Shown piece after piece: positions 11,521-22,600 of a stretch of 64,000 nt of DNA (the stretch's first letter is position 1; each line of letters begins with the position of its first letter). The notes under the pieces were generated by a model. The model saw only the letters and a program-made list of their open reading frames with translations, made no database searches and was not told the origin of the DNA. Source of the DNA: Diplonema japonicum (taxonomy: Eukaryota > Protista > Euglenozoa: Diplonemea); assembly GCA_964019335.1 (NCBI GenBank), contig OZ025708.1:434001-498000 (forward strand), written 5' to 3'. Position numbers and translations under genes: made by a program.

Positions 11521-11696
11521 CGCGAAAGTCAATTATGAAAAACAATGAAACTTGAACGGGAAGTGTAGCAATGCACAAAGTAAGGGGGGGCGCCTAGAAT
11601 GGGACTCCATGGGACGCACGGAAGCGCGCCCGTTGAGGCAGGATGTTCACCCACAGAGAACTGAATGCACGCACACAGCGATGAACGCCCAATTTC

Positions 11697-12089
11697 TTAC
11701 CTCCCTGCTTGCAACCCGGCGTGCCTGAGAACGTGGTGCCTGCCAGACGAAGACAGAGCACCGCTGATGTCCTGGTTCAGGTACAAGAACAACAGCTGCC
11801 TTCGTACGTCTGGTGTGAGGCGGACGCGACGCATCTCTCCGAACTTGGCGTCGATCGAGGAGAACACCGCGTCCACGGCTGTTACCACAGGCTGCGTGTA
11901 CAGCAGCGACAAGGCCCTGTCATGCAAAACAGGGAGAGCAGCTTTCTGAGCCAGCCACCACGCTTCAATATCGAATGAGGTACTCGTCTCAAGGCTGTGG
12001 TCCATTTGGGCTATGGCCGAGTAGGACAGCCATTCCCCCTCAGACACGTCATGCAGAGGTAGGCTGTCGCGTACTGTTGCGAAGCCGCG
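11697..12089 (-). pseudogene. hAT transposase C-terminal dimerisation-domain remnant
   Basis: FDIEAWWLAQKAALPVLHDRALSLLYTQPVVTAVDAVFSS...RRVRLTPDVRRQLLFLYLN follows the hATC pattern WW...P.L...A..LL..P......FS.....R.RL....LLFL..N. No catalytic or BED part is visible in the element. Confidence 0.75.
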
Positions 12090-12350
12090 CTAGAAAAACT
12101 AATTGATGGCAGCGTAATGAGCTATTTTTATTAGGTAAAATTCCGCTCGTGCGCATAAACAAACCCTGACCCGGTACATAATAACAAGTCTGAAAATCAG
12201 TTTTTTCAAAACTGCATTTAAAGCCTTAAATAAGGCTCTATTTTGGGTTTTGATAGCTGGAATGGGCTCAGATCGTCAAAATAGGGTTTCTGAAAAAAAA
12301 AAAAAAATGAGCATGGTCTTGGTATTTTTTGCCAGAAATATGGGTTTTGG

Positions 12351-12410
12351 ATCGATCAAACCGATCCGAAATTACAAAAAACCGATCAAACCGATCCGAA
12401 ATTACAAAAA
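12351..12410. repeat. Two direct copies of CGATCAAACCGATCCGAAATTACAAAAA in the subterminal region of the hAT element
   Basis: Direct duplication with a 30-nt period. It contains CCGATC, which also occurs in the TIR and is a candidate transposase-binding motif. Confidence 0.8.
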
Positions 12411-12517
12411 AACCCATCATTAACCCGACAGTGATCGAAAATCTAAAATTGCTCGGGTCGGGTTTTAAAACCCGAAGGTGATCGGTTAACCCTGGATACT
12501 ATGAAACAAGCTGTATT

Positions 12518-12643
12518 TTTTTGTTTTTGTTTTTGTTTTTGTTTTTGTTTTTGTTTTTGTTTTTGTTTTTGTTTTTGTTTTTGTTTTTGTTTTTGTTTTT
12601 GTTTTTGTTTTTGTTTTTGTTTTTGTTTTTGTTTTTGTTTTTG
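12518..12643. repeat. (TTTTTG)21 microsatellite
   Basis: Perfect hexamer array of 126 nt just outside the right TIR/TSD. Confidence 0.95.
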
Positions 12644-14144
12644 TGTGCTCCCTTTTTTTTAGATAATTTTTTTGTGTGTAATACCAGTACAGGCTTTTTT
12701 TTTTCTCCCTCCTTCTTTCAGGGAAGTCTGTGCCACGGTGGCGGGTTCTCGGCGGAGAGCTTGGCCGGCTGTCCCTGAACAGGCAACATGGATCGCACTT
12801 GGCTTCTGCAAAAAAAGAAAAAAATATGTCTAGCTTCTTGGTACTTCTCGGAGCCGATGCTAAGCAGCGCACCTAAGGCCATTACAACAGTTGTCTTGGG
12901 AAGCATGCTCCGCCACTCAGGAACCGTGTGTCTTGGAAGCTTCTTGTCCTTCATGTTACGCCAATCGTGGCTCTCGATAGGTCTGTCTACTGTGTTGTGA
13001 TTCTGATGAACACATCCTTTCTTCGATGGTATCAGCCTGTTAAAGGGAAGATTCCGCGTGCAGTTTTATTCCCTAGGTCCTTTAATAAGTGCGACCCAGG
13101 CATGCTTCTATGGTGTGTTCGTATTGTTAGTGATGTGGATCACGAGCTGAGTATTGTCGATGTGGCGAGCAAGTTCATTACATGATTGATGATGTGGCTT
13201 ATTCCTCGTTTCTTGTGAGGGTACATACCTGATTGGTGTCTGGCCTGATTAAGTAGGGTGCCGACATATCAATGCACTTCGCTTGGGGCGTGCGCTTGCG
13301 CAACGCAAGGGGAAAAAACAAGTAGTTTTTCTCACTCACACGCGCGTCATGTACGATAAAGGAGTTTGTTGTTCTACTTGCGTTATAGGGTAAAATGGGG
13401 CAAGTGCCTGTATTATTAAGTTTTATTCTTGCAGCCCAGAGCATAAAAAGTGGAGATACAAAAGAGGTAGAAATAGAGGAACCCCGCGTAAGGAAAGATG
13501 TCTCTCCACGCCCGTCTTTTCTCAGGTGTGTTTCCTGCGAGATCAAGCTAACACAATTCAGAACACACACGCAATTTTCTAACTCATAGTGGGGGTCAAT
13601 TACATTTACTTCTTTTTCTCATGTTGCAAATTCGTGGTGTCCCCGGTGGTCACTGAGCAAATAAAAGGGTAACTAAGCCCTGTGGCTGCACAACATCCAG
13701 GAGTGGCACACCCTACTCTTCTTTTTAAAATCCACAAATTAAAGCAAATAATTCACGTGCTGATCAAAGAAGCATTGATCTCACAGAGATGACCGCCTGT
13801 CTATCACGGGCAACACCGCACTTCGCATCGCCAAATTAAAGTGTATTTCCCACTTGGTCAAGAACGAAATTGGTAAACCGCACTTCACATTGCCGCAATA
13901 GGTGGGCGCCCCTAAGATTTCCACCTTGAAACGGCAGAACCAGAGGATGACACCATTGGTGGTGGACCATTTAAAAGAAACCCCCCCCCCCCGCTGCTTC
14001 GCGCTCCTGAGATGTGTGTCGCACCTTTCGGCTTTAGATCCATACCTCTCTTCTCTTCACTGGCTCCCCAAAAGCCCTTCAAATTCTCATTCCTTCATTG
14101 CCCAATCTTGCTTACCCGGTACGCCCCCCGGCTGGGGTTGAGCT

Positions 14145-14500
14145 GGACATGGCGCGGAACGCAGAAGAAGCTACAACTCGGCCGCGGTGTGCCCCCTGTA
14201 AGCAAGTAGACTTGTGCAGGGTGCCGCACACTGGTCTCCTTTAACTCTTAAATATATTCTCATTTGTTTTCTCAAACTACCCTTTTTCTTTTTTTTTTTT
14301 CCCTCCCGTAGGGTGCCCTCTAGCGGGGGGCTTGTCCTGTACTTTGAGTTTTTTCTCGGTGGTGGGGATAACATGGAAAAAAAGAAGTACACCAGATGTG
14401 TTGTTGTTCGCCGCGTGTTGAGTTGCACACCTTACGCATTAAGGACACGACACGGAACGCAGAAGAAGCTACTGTGTGCCCCCTGTAATCAAGTAGATAG
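14145..14500. repeat. Two diverged ~55-65-nt direct repeats about 300 nt apart
   Basis: GGACA..G..CGGAACGCAGAAGAAGCTAC...GTGTGCCCCCTGTAA.CAAGTAGA at ~14145-14210 and ~14442-14498. Confidence 0.7.
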
Positions 14501-16350
14501 TTCCTGCTTCGTTGCACGCTTAACGACACCTAGTGTTGCAATCAAATAGACAGCAAAGCTATAGCTCCAACTGCCGACCGGTGTTTTCACCCTAGCTGTA
14601 CTTTTTCTGCGCTTCCTACGCTACCTACCTTTTTTTTTTTTTTTAAACTTCCTATTCCTCATCTTTTCTTAGTTTTTTCTTTTTCTTTATTCAAAGGTCA
14701 GGGTACAAAGGGGGGGGAATAAAAACCACAAAAAAAAAGGAAAGAAAAAGAAAACTCCTGGGGCGAAACAAATAAAAACCCCCCCTCCCCCCCCCTTGTT
14801 TTAAGGCGATCCTGTCACACTTTTTTTTTTCGTGGGCCGTTGCTAACCACTTCGTTTCCTATCATCTTTACACTTTCAGCGGTATCTCCACTCGGAATTC
14901 GGGCCCCCATTCTAAACGCGAATCCCCCCTCCCCCCCCAACCTCTTTTCAATTCTTTTTTATAATGAACAGATGCTTGCTATTGTAGGTATCAATGCTCA
15001 GGAAATAGGAATGTGTTTGGAACCCCGCCACACCCCGCGGCAGAGCTCGTTACCGACATCGTCAGATATACATTAAAAAAAAGAACTGCAAAGCCAAGCA
15101 CATAAACCCCGAGGAAGCCGCGCCCTTTGACCGGGACTGCTCAGATAGCGTGCACGTGACTTCGAAATGGCGTTTCTCGCTACTGTTTTAGTTTAAAAAG
15201 TTGAATGCGTAAAAATAACATGCTTTGCAGAGACGTGACTAACCAACCCTTTTGAAAATATGACACTGACTGCAAGAAAAAAAAAAAAAGAAAGAAAAAA
15301 AACAAAGAATAGATATCAAAAGAAATTATTAAGATAAGACAGAAATGGTTATTGTCGAAAAACATATTATGTCCGTGCTTCTGCACGCTCACCCTCTTCG
15401 CACGTCACGGTGTGCATTCTTTTAGGAATCGAAGATTACTATCGCGAAGCAAGTTCTGCTCTCCTCCTAAGAAGTTACTATTTCTCTTCGCTACCTGATT
15501 TGCGGGTTTGCGGGTTTGCAGAAGTGTTGCTCTTCCTGACGAGGAAGGGACCGTTGGGGGCTCTCAATTGCAATGTTTGTGATGCTGCGAAGGGCAACAC
15601 GGTCAAGCTGCTGCGTCATCAGCTGTGGGAGTACGGGATCAGATCCACAAAAAGTTAGAATTTTCTCGAACACGTCGTGGGTTCAATTCCGTTTACTTCT
15701 TTCTCAATATTGCAAATAGGTCGCGCCTTGTATAACGCGTGGGCAGAAAAAGGAGGGATGGTTTTTTATTTAATTCTGCAAAGTTACAGGAGGAAATTTC
15801 TAAAGCACCGTAAAAACCAGCAATCACTTTTGCCATTTACAAGTAAATGCAAAGTGCAGAATAAATGCGAAGTAATAGGCTGGTTTGGCTTAAAAAAAGT
15901 GCCGTAACTGCAAAGTAAAATCTGATTTTTACTCTGACTAATTTTCGGGTTTTTTTCGGTATTCGTTGCAGTCAGGCATCTGAGGCAAAAGAGGCATACA
16001 CATACTTTACCAGATTCCGAGCTACCAAGCATCACACCTGAACCTGGCAAGTGCCGAAAGTTACACTGGCCACGCATACAGGCCTTCTTCTGCACAATAC
16101 CATGTAGATGAAGGAACCTGCTATTTTGGCTGGAAGTCAGACCAAGCCCCTCCACAAAACCACAGTTTCTGAAGAGCGATGATCAAGTTCCTACACAAGT
16201 TACACAAAACCTACAGAATTCGAGCGATGCGGGTGAAACTAAAAAAAAAAAAAAAAAAAAAAGAAAAAAGAGTGAAAAAAAAAAAACATCTGGTTTTTAT
16301 TTAGTAAATAGTTATTATGTGTTGCCTTATTGTCGTTGTTCTGAGAGGGC

Positions 16351-16406
16351 ATACCTTCTCGGCCTTTTGGCTAAGATCAAGTGTGGATCTGTTATCAGCT
16401 TAATAT
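16351..16406 (+). pseudogene. U2: U2 snRNA 5' fragment (truncated, altered branch-point pairing region)
   Basis: ATACCTTCTCGGCCTTTTGGCTAAGATCAAGTGTGG-ATCTGTT---ATCAGCTTAATAT aligns with canonical U2 CUUCUCGGCCUUUUGGCUAAGAUCAAGUGUAGUAUCUGUUCUUAUCAGUUUAAUAU. No Sm site or 3' stem-loops are recognisable downstream. Confidence 0.8.
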
Positions 16407-16440
16407 ATTACTTGTGCAGGGCGCCACCAACACACACTGG

Positions 16441-16523
16441 CTTTCTTTGTCTCTTATATTATTTCTTCTTTTTCCTTTTTGTGCTCTTTCATTCACATCT
16501 CTCTATCAATAATCACCATTCAG
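16441..16523 (+). promoter_or_regulatory. Polypyrimidine tract + AG: candidate SL trans-splice acceptor of the giant gene
   Basis: Long C/T tract ending ...CACCATTCAG (16523), 84 nt before the ATG. Similar tract+AG sites precede other genes (e.g. 2993, 9291, 59317). The function is inferred. Confidence 0.5.
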
Positions 16524-16606
16524 GCAACACTTAAAAAAAAAAAGGGGGGAGGGACACAGAAAAAAGAAAAAGATACCCTCATCGGGAGTGCGCACACGCT
16601 CCTAAG

Positions 16607-19600
16607 ATGCATCGCCCGTTGATGATGCTCTCGCTGACGGCGTCGTGCCACGCCACCTTCTACAACCAAGGAGTGCCCATGACACCCTTCCCAGACGTGA
16701 AGTGCTCGGACATCACTTTCACGCCTGGTGCAGGGTGCAACTGCAACACGGAGATCAGTGGCTCGGTGGTGGACGTGGAAGACGGCTTCGACCCTGCCAC
16801 GGACACGCTCACCTGCGGGGCGTGTGCCGGGCTGGGAATCACCCCCAACTTCGACACCACAACAGGCATCCTGCAGATGTCGGGTGCCGCCACCATCGAC
16901 GAGTACGCACAGGCCATCGCCAGCGTCACCTTCACGTCGACGTCGGGAGCTGGAACCTCTCGCCGTCTGACCTACAACTTCGGCCACGCCATGTACTCCA
17001 CGCACACGGGGCACTTCTACGAGTACTACCCGAAGAACAGCGTGAACTGCAACACGGGGGGTTTCTGCCACTGGGACGACGCGCAGTCTGAGTGCGCCGA
17101 CAAGTCAAAGGACATCCTCGGCCTTGCAGGCTACCTCATCACCATCACTTCGCAGGACGAGCAGGACGTCGCCTCAACAAAGCTGCACGGGGAGGGTTGG
17201 ATCGGTTCGGCGGACATCGCGAAGGAAGGGGAGTGGCGCTGGCTGACCGGTCCGGAGGGTTGCCCCCCTTATAACCTTGCTTTGACGGGGGCGGCAAGAA
17301 CCGCGTGCGACATGGGTTATCCCCTTCCCGAGAACAAGAACCCGTGCACCGGACCTGACTGCGGGCAGGGACAGCTCATCGGAACTGGCAAGGGGTCAAG
17401 CTTCAAGACCGCTTCGGGGGCCTACGAGAACTGGGAGTCAGGTGAGCCGAACGAGTACTCCAAGGACTGCTCGCCGGCGACGTGCTCGACGACAGGAGAA
17501 GACTACGGGCACTACTACGGGAACGGAAAGTGGAACGACTACCCGAACGGGCACAACCGCATCGAAGGCTACGTGTGCGAGTGGGGCGGTGTGGGGGAGC
17601 TCTGCATGAAGGATGACGACGTGTTCGGCTCGCAGATCGTGGTGGCCGGATGCGACTCCTACAAGAACCGAGGGGCGTGCGAGGCCCGCCTCCCCGCCGA
17701 CTCCTGCAAGTGGGACACAACACAGAGCCCCGCGAAGTGTGTGGAGACCGGGTGCCACCGCTACGGGGACGAAACAACCTGCGAAGGCGACGTGACGTGC
17801 GACTGGGACACGACGAAGAGCCCACCTGAGTGCGTGGACAACTACTGCGCGGTGACGCACCTCACGGAAGCGGACTGCAACGCCGACAATACCGCCGACG
17901 GCCCGTGCTACTGGAACACCAACATTCCGGGGGACCAGAAATGCCAGACCCTCGTCTGCGCCGACGTGACCGACAAGTGCAAGTGCATCCAGTCCTCCCC
18001 CCAGTGCCAGTGGGATTCCTCGAAGGGAAGCTGCCACAACCCCAGCATCACAAATACGGCGGTCTGTGGGGACCTGAACACGGAAACCGCGTGCATGGCG
18101 GACACCACCTGCAACTGGGACACCTCGAAAACCCCCTTGTGCCAGCTGTCTGAGTGCTACCCGCTCTGCACGCAGCTCACCTGCGTCGCGAAGGCCGGGT
18201 GCGCTTGGGACGGAACCGATTGTCGAAGGGAGCCCCCTGGCTGCGCTGCACACACGAATGCCGCCGCGTGTCAGCAGGATGAGAAGTGTCTGTGGAACGT
18301 TATGTGGAGCACTGCGAACACGTGCGTGGAGAACCCGTGCAGAACACACACCGACCAGCAGTCTTGCACCGCCGTCGCGGTAGAGATGCCCTCTCCGTGC
18401 ACGCCGCCCGCCGGGAACCCCGACTACTGCTTCCTCAACGTGTGCGACTTCGACTCTACGAAGACGCCCACCTGCTACCCGAAAGACTGTCTGCAGACCT
18501 CCGAGGGGACGTGCTTGGCCGAGTCTGGGTGCCAGTGGGTCCCCCTCCAGACCCCTCCTCCTGTCGGCCCTCCGTCGACCCTTGTTGAGTACTGCACGGA
18601 AGAGAAGTGCAAGCACACCACGGTGCAACTCTGTGAGAACGACCCATACTGCAAGTGGGACGACCAGCTGACGACCTGCGTGGAAGCACCCTGCCCCAAG
18701 CACCCCGACGAACTGTCGTGTGACCAGGACAATGTGTGCCACTGGGACGCTTCAACCAGCCCTCCGATCTGCACTCCGACGGAGTGCGGTGTGCACACGA
18801 CACAGGGAACCTGCGACACAAACACGAACTGCATGTGGGACGGAAGCTCAACCCCGGCCCACTGCACGGCCGCCACCTGCGAGAAATACAACGCACCGAG
18901 CCCCAGGGACAAGTGCGGGTGCGTGGCAGACCCCGAGTGCTCCTGGGTTGTGGACACAACTGGCTCCGGCAACGACCACTGCGCGAAGACCTCGTACTCC
19001 ACATGCCCCGACCTGGACGTTGCCTTTGTGATTGACGGATCAGGCTCTATGTCGAGGTCCTTCGGGAACCACCCGCACGGCTTCTACGGGCTGTTGGAGA
19101 CCCTGAGGGACTGGGTGAAGACGCTCCCCCTCACTGGGGAGGACCACACGGTTGGTGGTGCCTCGAACGTGAAGGGCGGCGGGTTCCGTCTCACTTTTAT
19201 CCAGTTCTCGAGGGCAGAGGCGACGCCTGCGATGGACCATCCCACGAACTGCGCGGTGGGCCAGTGCACGGACGGTCTCCTCTCCGGTAACATCAATGAG
19301 TTGATGGGCGACATCGACTGGCACGAGGCGAACTACCAGGCACACTGGACCTACCTCCACGATGCTCTCCTGGACGTGGCGGACCACACCTTCCTCCCCA
19401 GCCAGTCCCCTTCGCACAGGAAGCACGTGGTGGTGGTCATCGCTGACGGTGGTCTCACTGATTACGACGGTGACGCGTGCAGCGGTACCTCCTGCGGGCA
19501 GTGCCCCAGCGGCTGCGACTCGCAGTGGAAGCCCACCTACCCGGGAATGCTGGACGACGCGCAGCAGAAGCTCCGCGACGAGGATGTGGTGGTGTTCGGG

Positions 19601-22600
19601 ATCGTGATGAGGAGGTTCTCCTACCACACCTTCCAGGACGACAACGCGGAGGCGAAGCTGAAGCCGCTGGTGACAGACCCGAAGGACGACCACTTCATGA
19701 ACCTGATGCTGGACGAGATCCCGGGGCAGGTGTTGGAGCCCTTCTGCGATCCTAACTCGAAGTTTGGAAAGACCCTGATCCCCCCCATTGACGCGAAGCA
19801 TTACCAGTGCGCGACCTGGGGTTTCAAGGATGAGTGCAACGCCGATTCGCTGTGCGAGTGGAAGACCCCGAGGCTGGCAACGTGCGCCTCGGCGACGGGG
19901 TGCCCCGAGCTGAACTGCCAGGGAATCCCGCAGCAGTACAAGGGCCTCTACGACTGCAGCAAGTGCAAGCTCCAGAGGGCAACCGTCATCTGCGGGGCCT
20001 CCGTTAAGTCATCGATCGACGGAACCTGCGAGGAAACTCACTGCGCGAAATGCTGCAACGAAACCTGCTGTAACGCTGACGCCGCGTGCAGCTGGAAGAC
20101 CCCCGGTGAAACGTGCGAGAGGAAGGTGTGCGAGTACACGGACCAGAGTGCCTGCGAGAACGACCCCGACCTGCTGTGCAAGTGGGACGGCAGCAAGTGT
20201 GACCCAAAGCCCTGCGGCTCGATCTTTGTGCAGGAGAAGTGTCTGAACAGCACGAACAACTGCCAGTGGGACACCTCGCTCGACCCCCCTGTCTGCAAAC
20301 AGATCCCCACCTGTGACACCAAAACAGACCCCGCTGTGTGCAAAAGCGACCCGGGCTGCGAGTGGGACTGCAACAGCACTACCTGCAGGGACACGAAGTG
20401 CTCGTACCCTGACCCCGGGACCTGCTCTGTGGACACGGACTGCGAATGGCTGGGGACCATGTGCAAGGAGAAGAAATGCACGCCCGCGAAGACGCAGGTG
20501 GACTGCAAGGACTGCGACAACTGCGTGTGGGACCCTGCATCCTCGACATGCACCGAGGACAAGTGCAAGCCCCTGAATCAGGCGGACTGCGGGAGCAGCG
20601 ACGTGTGCCACTGGGACAACAACGAATGCGTGACCGACTACTGCCCGCAGTACAAGGATGACGAAGTGGAGTGCGGCCACGACCCCAGGTGCCACTGGGA
20701 CTCGGCGACGACTCCGCCTACCTGCCAGCCCACCACCTGCACGAAGGACCATAACACGCAGTATCCCGGCCTTGGAGACGCGCCCTCGCAGATGGGGACC
20801 ATCGACGACGCTGCGTGCACGAACGACCCTGGCTGCAAAACCGGGACCGACTCGAAGGGCCCGTACTGTGCCCCTGCAAGCTGCTCCGACCACACGAAGA
20901 ACTGTGACTGTGTGCGCGACACGAACTGCTACTGGGACCCCGCTGTGACGGCCCCTGCTCCCAAGTGCAAGGACAACAAGGTGTCCAGCTGCCCCGACCT
21001 CGACGTGGTCTTCGTGCTCGACGGCTCCGGTTCCATGGGGGCAAGTTTCGGGTCGCACCCCCACGGCTACTACGCGATGCTCGAAATGTTGAGGGACTGG
21101 GTGAGGACGCTGCCCCTCACCGGAGAGGACAACACTTTCGGGATCAACTCCGCGGTCACGGGCGGGACCTTCCGTATCGCCTTCGTGCAATTCTCCATCG
21201 AGAACGAGTACTGGGTGTGCAGGAACGGAGCAGACGGCTGCAGCAAGTGGAGCAACTGGGGAAGTTGCACCCAGCCGCGGCTCCCTGCAGGAAGGATCTG
21301 CTCGAACGGGCAGCTCACCGGTGAACTAACGGAGCTGGAGAACGACCTTGACTGGCACGAAGCCAACTACATGGGCTCCCTCACCTACATGGCGGCAGCC
21401 CTCGATGATGCGGTCGATATCTTCCACGGCTCCCCCGCGCACCGTGCGCACGTCCTTGTCATTATCACAGACGGGCAGATGAACCCCTTGGAGCCCCAGA
21501 GGAGCCAGGAGATCCCTGCTATCAGGCAGAAGCTCGACGCCGAGGGTGTAATTACCTTCGGTGTAGTTGTGAGGAAGACGGCTGCCCACACAAAGGCCGA
21601 CATAGATGCGGAGGAGACGTTGAAGCCGGTGACCTCCGACGCCCACGACGACCATTTCGTGAACGTGCCACTGGACGATATGCTCACGGAGGTGTTCAAC
21701 GACTTCTGCGACCCTGCAGGGAGGTTCGGGGCCGCCATCCGGCAGCAGGCCCAGAACCAGAACAGCGCGAACAACACAGCCCCCCCTGCCCAGTCGGCCG
21801 CTGTCCCCTGCTCGAAGTGGGGAGTGAAGCTCGAGTGCAGGTCTGACCAGGCATGCGACTGGAAGACCCCGGCCCCCACCTCGTGCCCCGGCAATGGGTG
21901 CACAAACCTTAACTGCCTCGAGCTCCCTGCTGCCCAGGTTTCTGCGGGAATGACCTGCGCAAACTGCAAGCTCTCTGGGGGTGCAGTATCCTGCACTGCT
22001 GGGTCGAGCAACCCTGTGGGAAGCGGCTACTGCGGCGCTACCAGCTGCGAAGAGCACTGCGCAGAGGTTCCTTGCGAGCAGGACACGGCGAACGACTGCT
22101 TCTGGGACACCGACAAGTGCCAGAGGAAGGTGTGCAGCTACCCTGACAAGAACGCGTGCGAGGCAGACCCCGATGCCATGTGCATGTGGGACACCACGGC
22201 CACCCCGGCGGCCTGCGTCCCCAAGAAGTGTCTGCACTTCACGCAGGGGACCTGCGACGTGGACGGCGACTGCCAGTGGGACCCCGCAACGCAGGATTGC
22301 AAGGAGAAGGACCCGGACTGCACGACGATTACGGACAAGCTTGACTGCTTGAACCATGTGAGCGACGCCTGCGACTGGAAGTGCGACACTAACACCTGTG
22401 TGCAGAAGGTGTGCAGGGAAACGACCAGCACAGCCTGCGGGAACAGCGTTGACGGTTGCGAGTGGGACGCAGGCAGCAATGTGTGCCACAAGCAGCACTG
22501 CGTCGGTGCGTCCACAGAGAATGCGTGCATCTCCGACGGCGCCTGCAAGTGGACCGCGGCGACCTCCACCTGTGCGGAGTCAAAGTGCTACAAGTTCGCG

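Larger units (their letters stand above)
10719..12503 (-). mobile_element. Non-autonomous hAT-type DNA transposon (1785 bp) with 27-bp perfect TIRs and a 6-bp TSD (AAACAA)
   Basis: Left end CATAGTATCCAGGGTTAACCGATCACC (10719-10745) is the exact reverse complement of GGTGATCGGTTAACCCTGGATACTATG (12477-12503). AAACAA flanks both ends (10713-10718; 12504-12509). Contains a hAT dimerisation-domain remnant and subterminal repeats. Confidence 0.88.

Noticed and set aside
10728-12494. Alternative element boundaries CAGGG...CCCTG with a canonical 8-bp TSD
   Set aside because: The flanking 9 bp are inverted (CATAGTATC/GATACTATG), not direct, so they belong to the TIR.
12518-12643. Telomeric repeat or (TK)n/(FL)n protein
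   Set aside because: An interstitial TTTTTG microsatellite, not TTAGGG; the ORFs over it are artefacts.
15674-15690. tRNA T-arm/B-box-like GTCGTGGGTTCAATTCC
   Set aside because: No closing T-stem, acceptor stem or cloverleaf could be built, and it lies ~660 nt from the U2 fragment.
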